Assembly (NCBI RefSeq): GCF_009834535.1
Contig: NC_045696.1
Location: 100,628,001-100,692,000, forward strand
Length of the DNA stretch: 64,000 nt
Direction of reading: 5' to 3'
Origin: Camelus ferus
Lineage: Eukaryota
The notes beneath the pieces were generated by a model. That model did not search any database, was not told the DNA's origin, and worked only from the letters and a program-made list of their open reading frames with translations. Position 1 is the first letter of the stretch. Every line of letters starts with the position of its first letter. Below, piece after piece: positions 63,256-64,000 of the stretch. Made by a program: the position numbers and the translations under genes.

Positions 63256-64000
63256 CAAAATACAAATATTAATAATATATACATTTGAATATATCTTCCA
63301 AATACTGATTATTTTTACTTTTTCATTGTGCTCAAAATACATAATCCAGTAACAAATATATTTAAATTATATGTACAGTTTCATTATGTATTTCCTTGAT
63401 GTCTAGATAAAGTTTGGTGATGGTTTTCAACAGAAATAAATCAAATTAAAAACATGATTTTCCATTCTGCTTACTGGTTTTATTGGATATATGTGTCTGA
63501 AAGTAATATATTCTTTATTAATATTTTCAAAACAAGATGAGTCTATACAATGACACTTGCAAAAAGTCTAAAGTCTATTTTTAGATTGAAAAGAAAGTGA
63601 AAATATGAAATCAAAGATACATAATTATCTTTGGTAAGAAAACACGGTAAATGCATGTTCATCAAGCTAATTCTGTTTTGACTGGTGCATTTAATATTCA
63701 GTTATTTGTCTTTGCTGAAATTCTCTTAATTGCCAGTTTCCAAAATTTTGGTTGGCTCAAACATAAAATGGTAAAGGATTTACATCATCAGATATACCAT
63801 CTGCTTGCCATTATTTATTTTCCCCTAGATACTACATGTGGCATTTTCCATTATATGATACATGCTTTCCAAATCCTAATTAAAAAATTCTGTTTTTAAC
63901 CTTTCTTTACAGTATGACATTATGATTATTTATATGTGATTAGAATTTTACCTGTAAGCACTGGAATCTCACTTAAATTTCTTTTAAAAATGATTCATCC

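Overview
AT-rich mammalian non-coding DNA (intergenic or deep intronic), most likely from a camelid: it has two Vic-1-type tRNA-derived SINEs and several young artiodactyl-type L1 3' ends. I recognise no protein-coding gene. The ORFs in the track are either chance ORFs or decayed L1 ORF1/ORF2 pieces. Much of the window is transposon debris: L1/HAL1, L2, MIR, MaLR/ERVL LTRs (MLT1, MLT2), ERV1 solo LTRs and DNA-transposon MITEs (MER2, MER5A, MER53, MER58). Subfamily names come from recalled consensus sequences, not a database search, and most boundaries are approximate. The items most worth a second look are: (1) a cluster of RFX X-box motifs next to a consensus splice donor at ~14.76-15.06 kb, a possible unannotated promoter/first exon; (2) a retroposed tRNA-Glu(CTC) 5' half with a 14-bp target-site duplication (TSD) at 15.72-15.79 kb; (3) two related MER41-like solo LTRs in inverted orientation 36 bp apart, each with a STAT (GAS) motif, at 55.16-56.34 kb; (4) several inversions inside old L1/HAL1 copies; and (5) unusual CpG density in ancient repeats at 33-37.5 kb. 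I found no convincing evidence of a new biological system.
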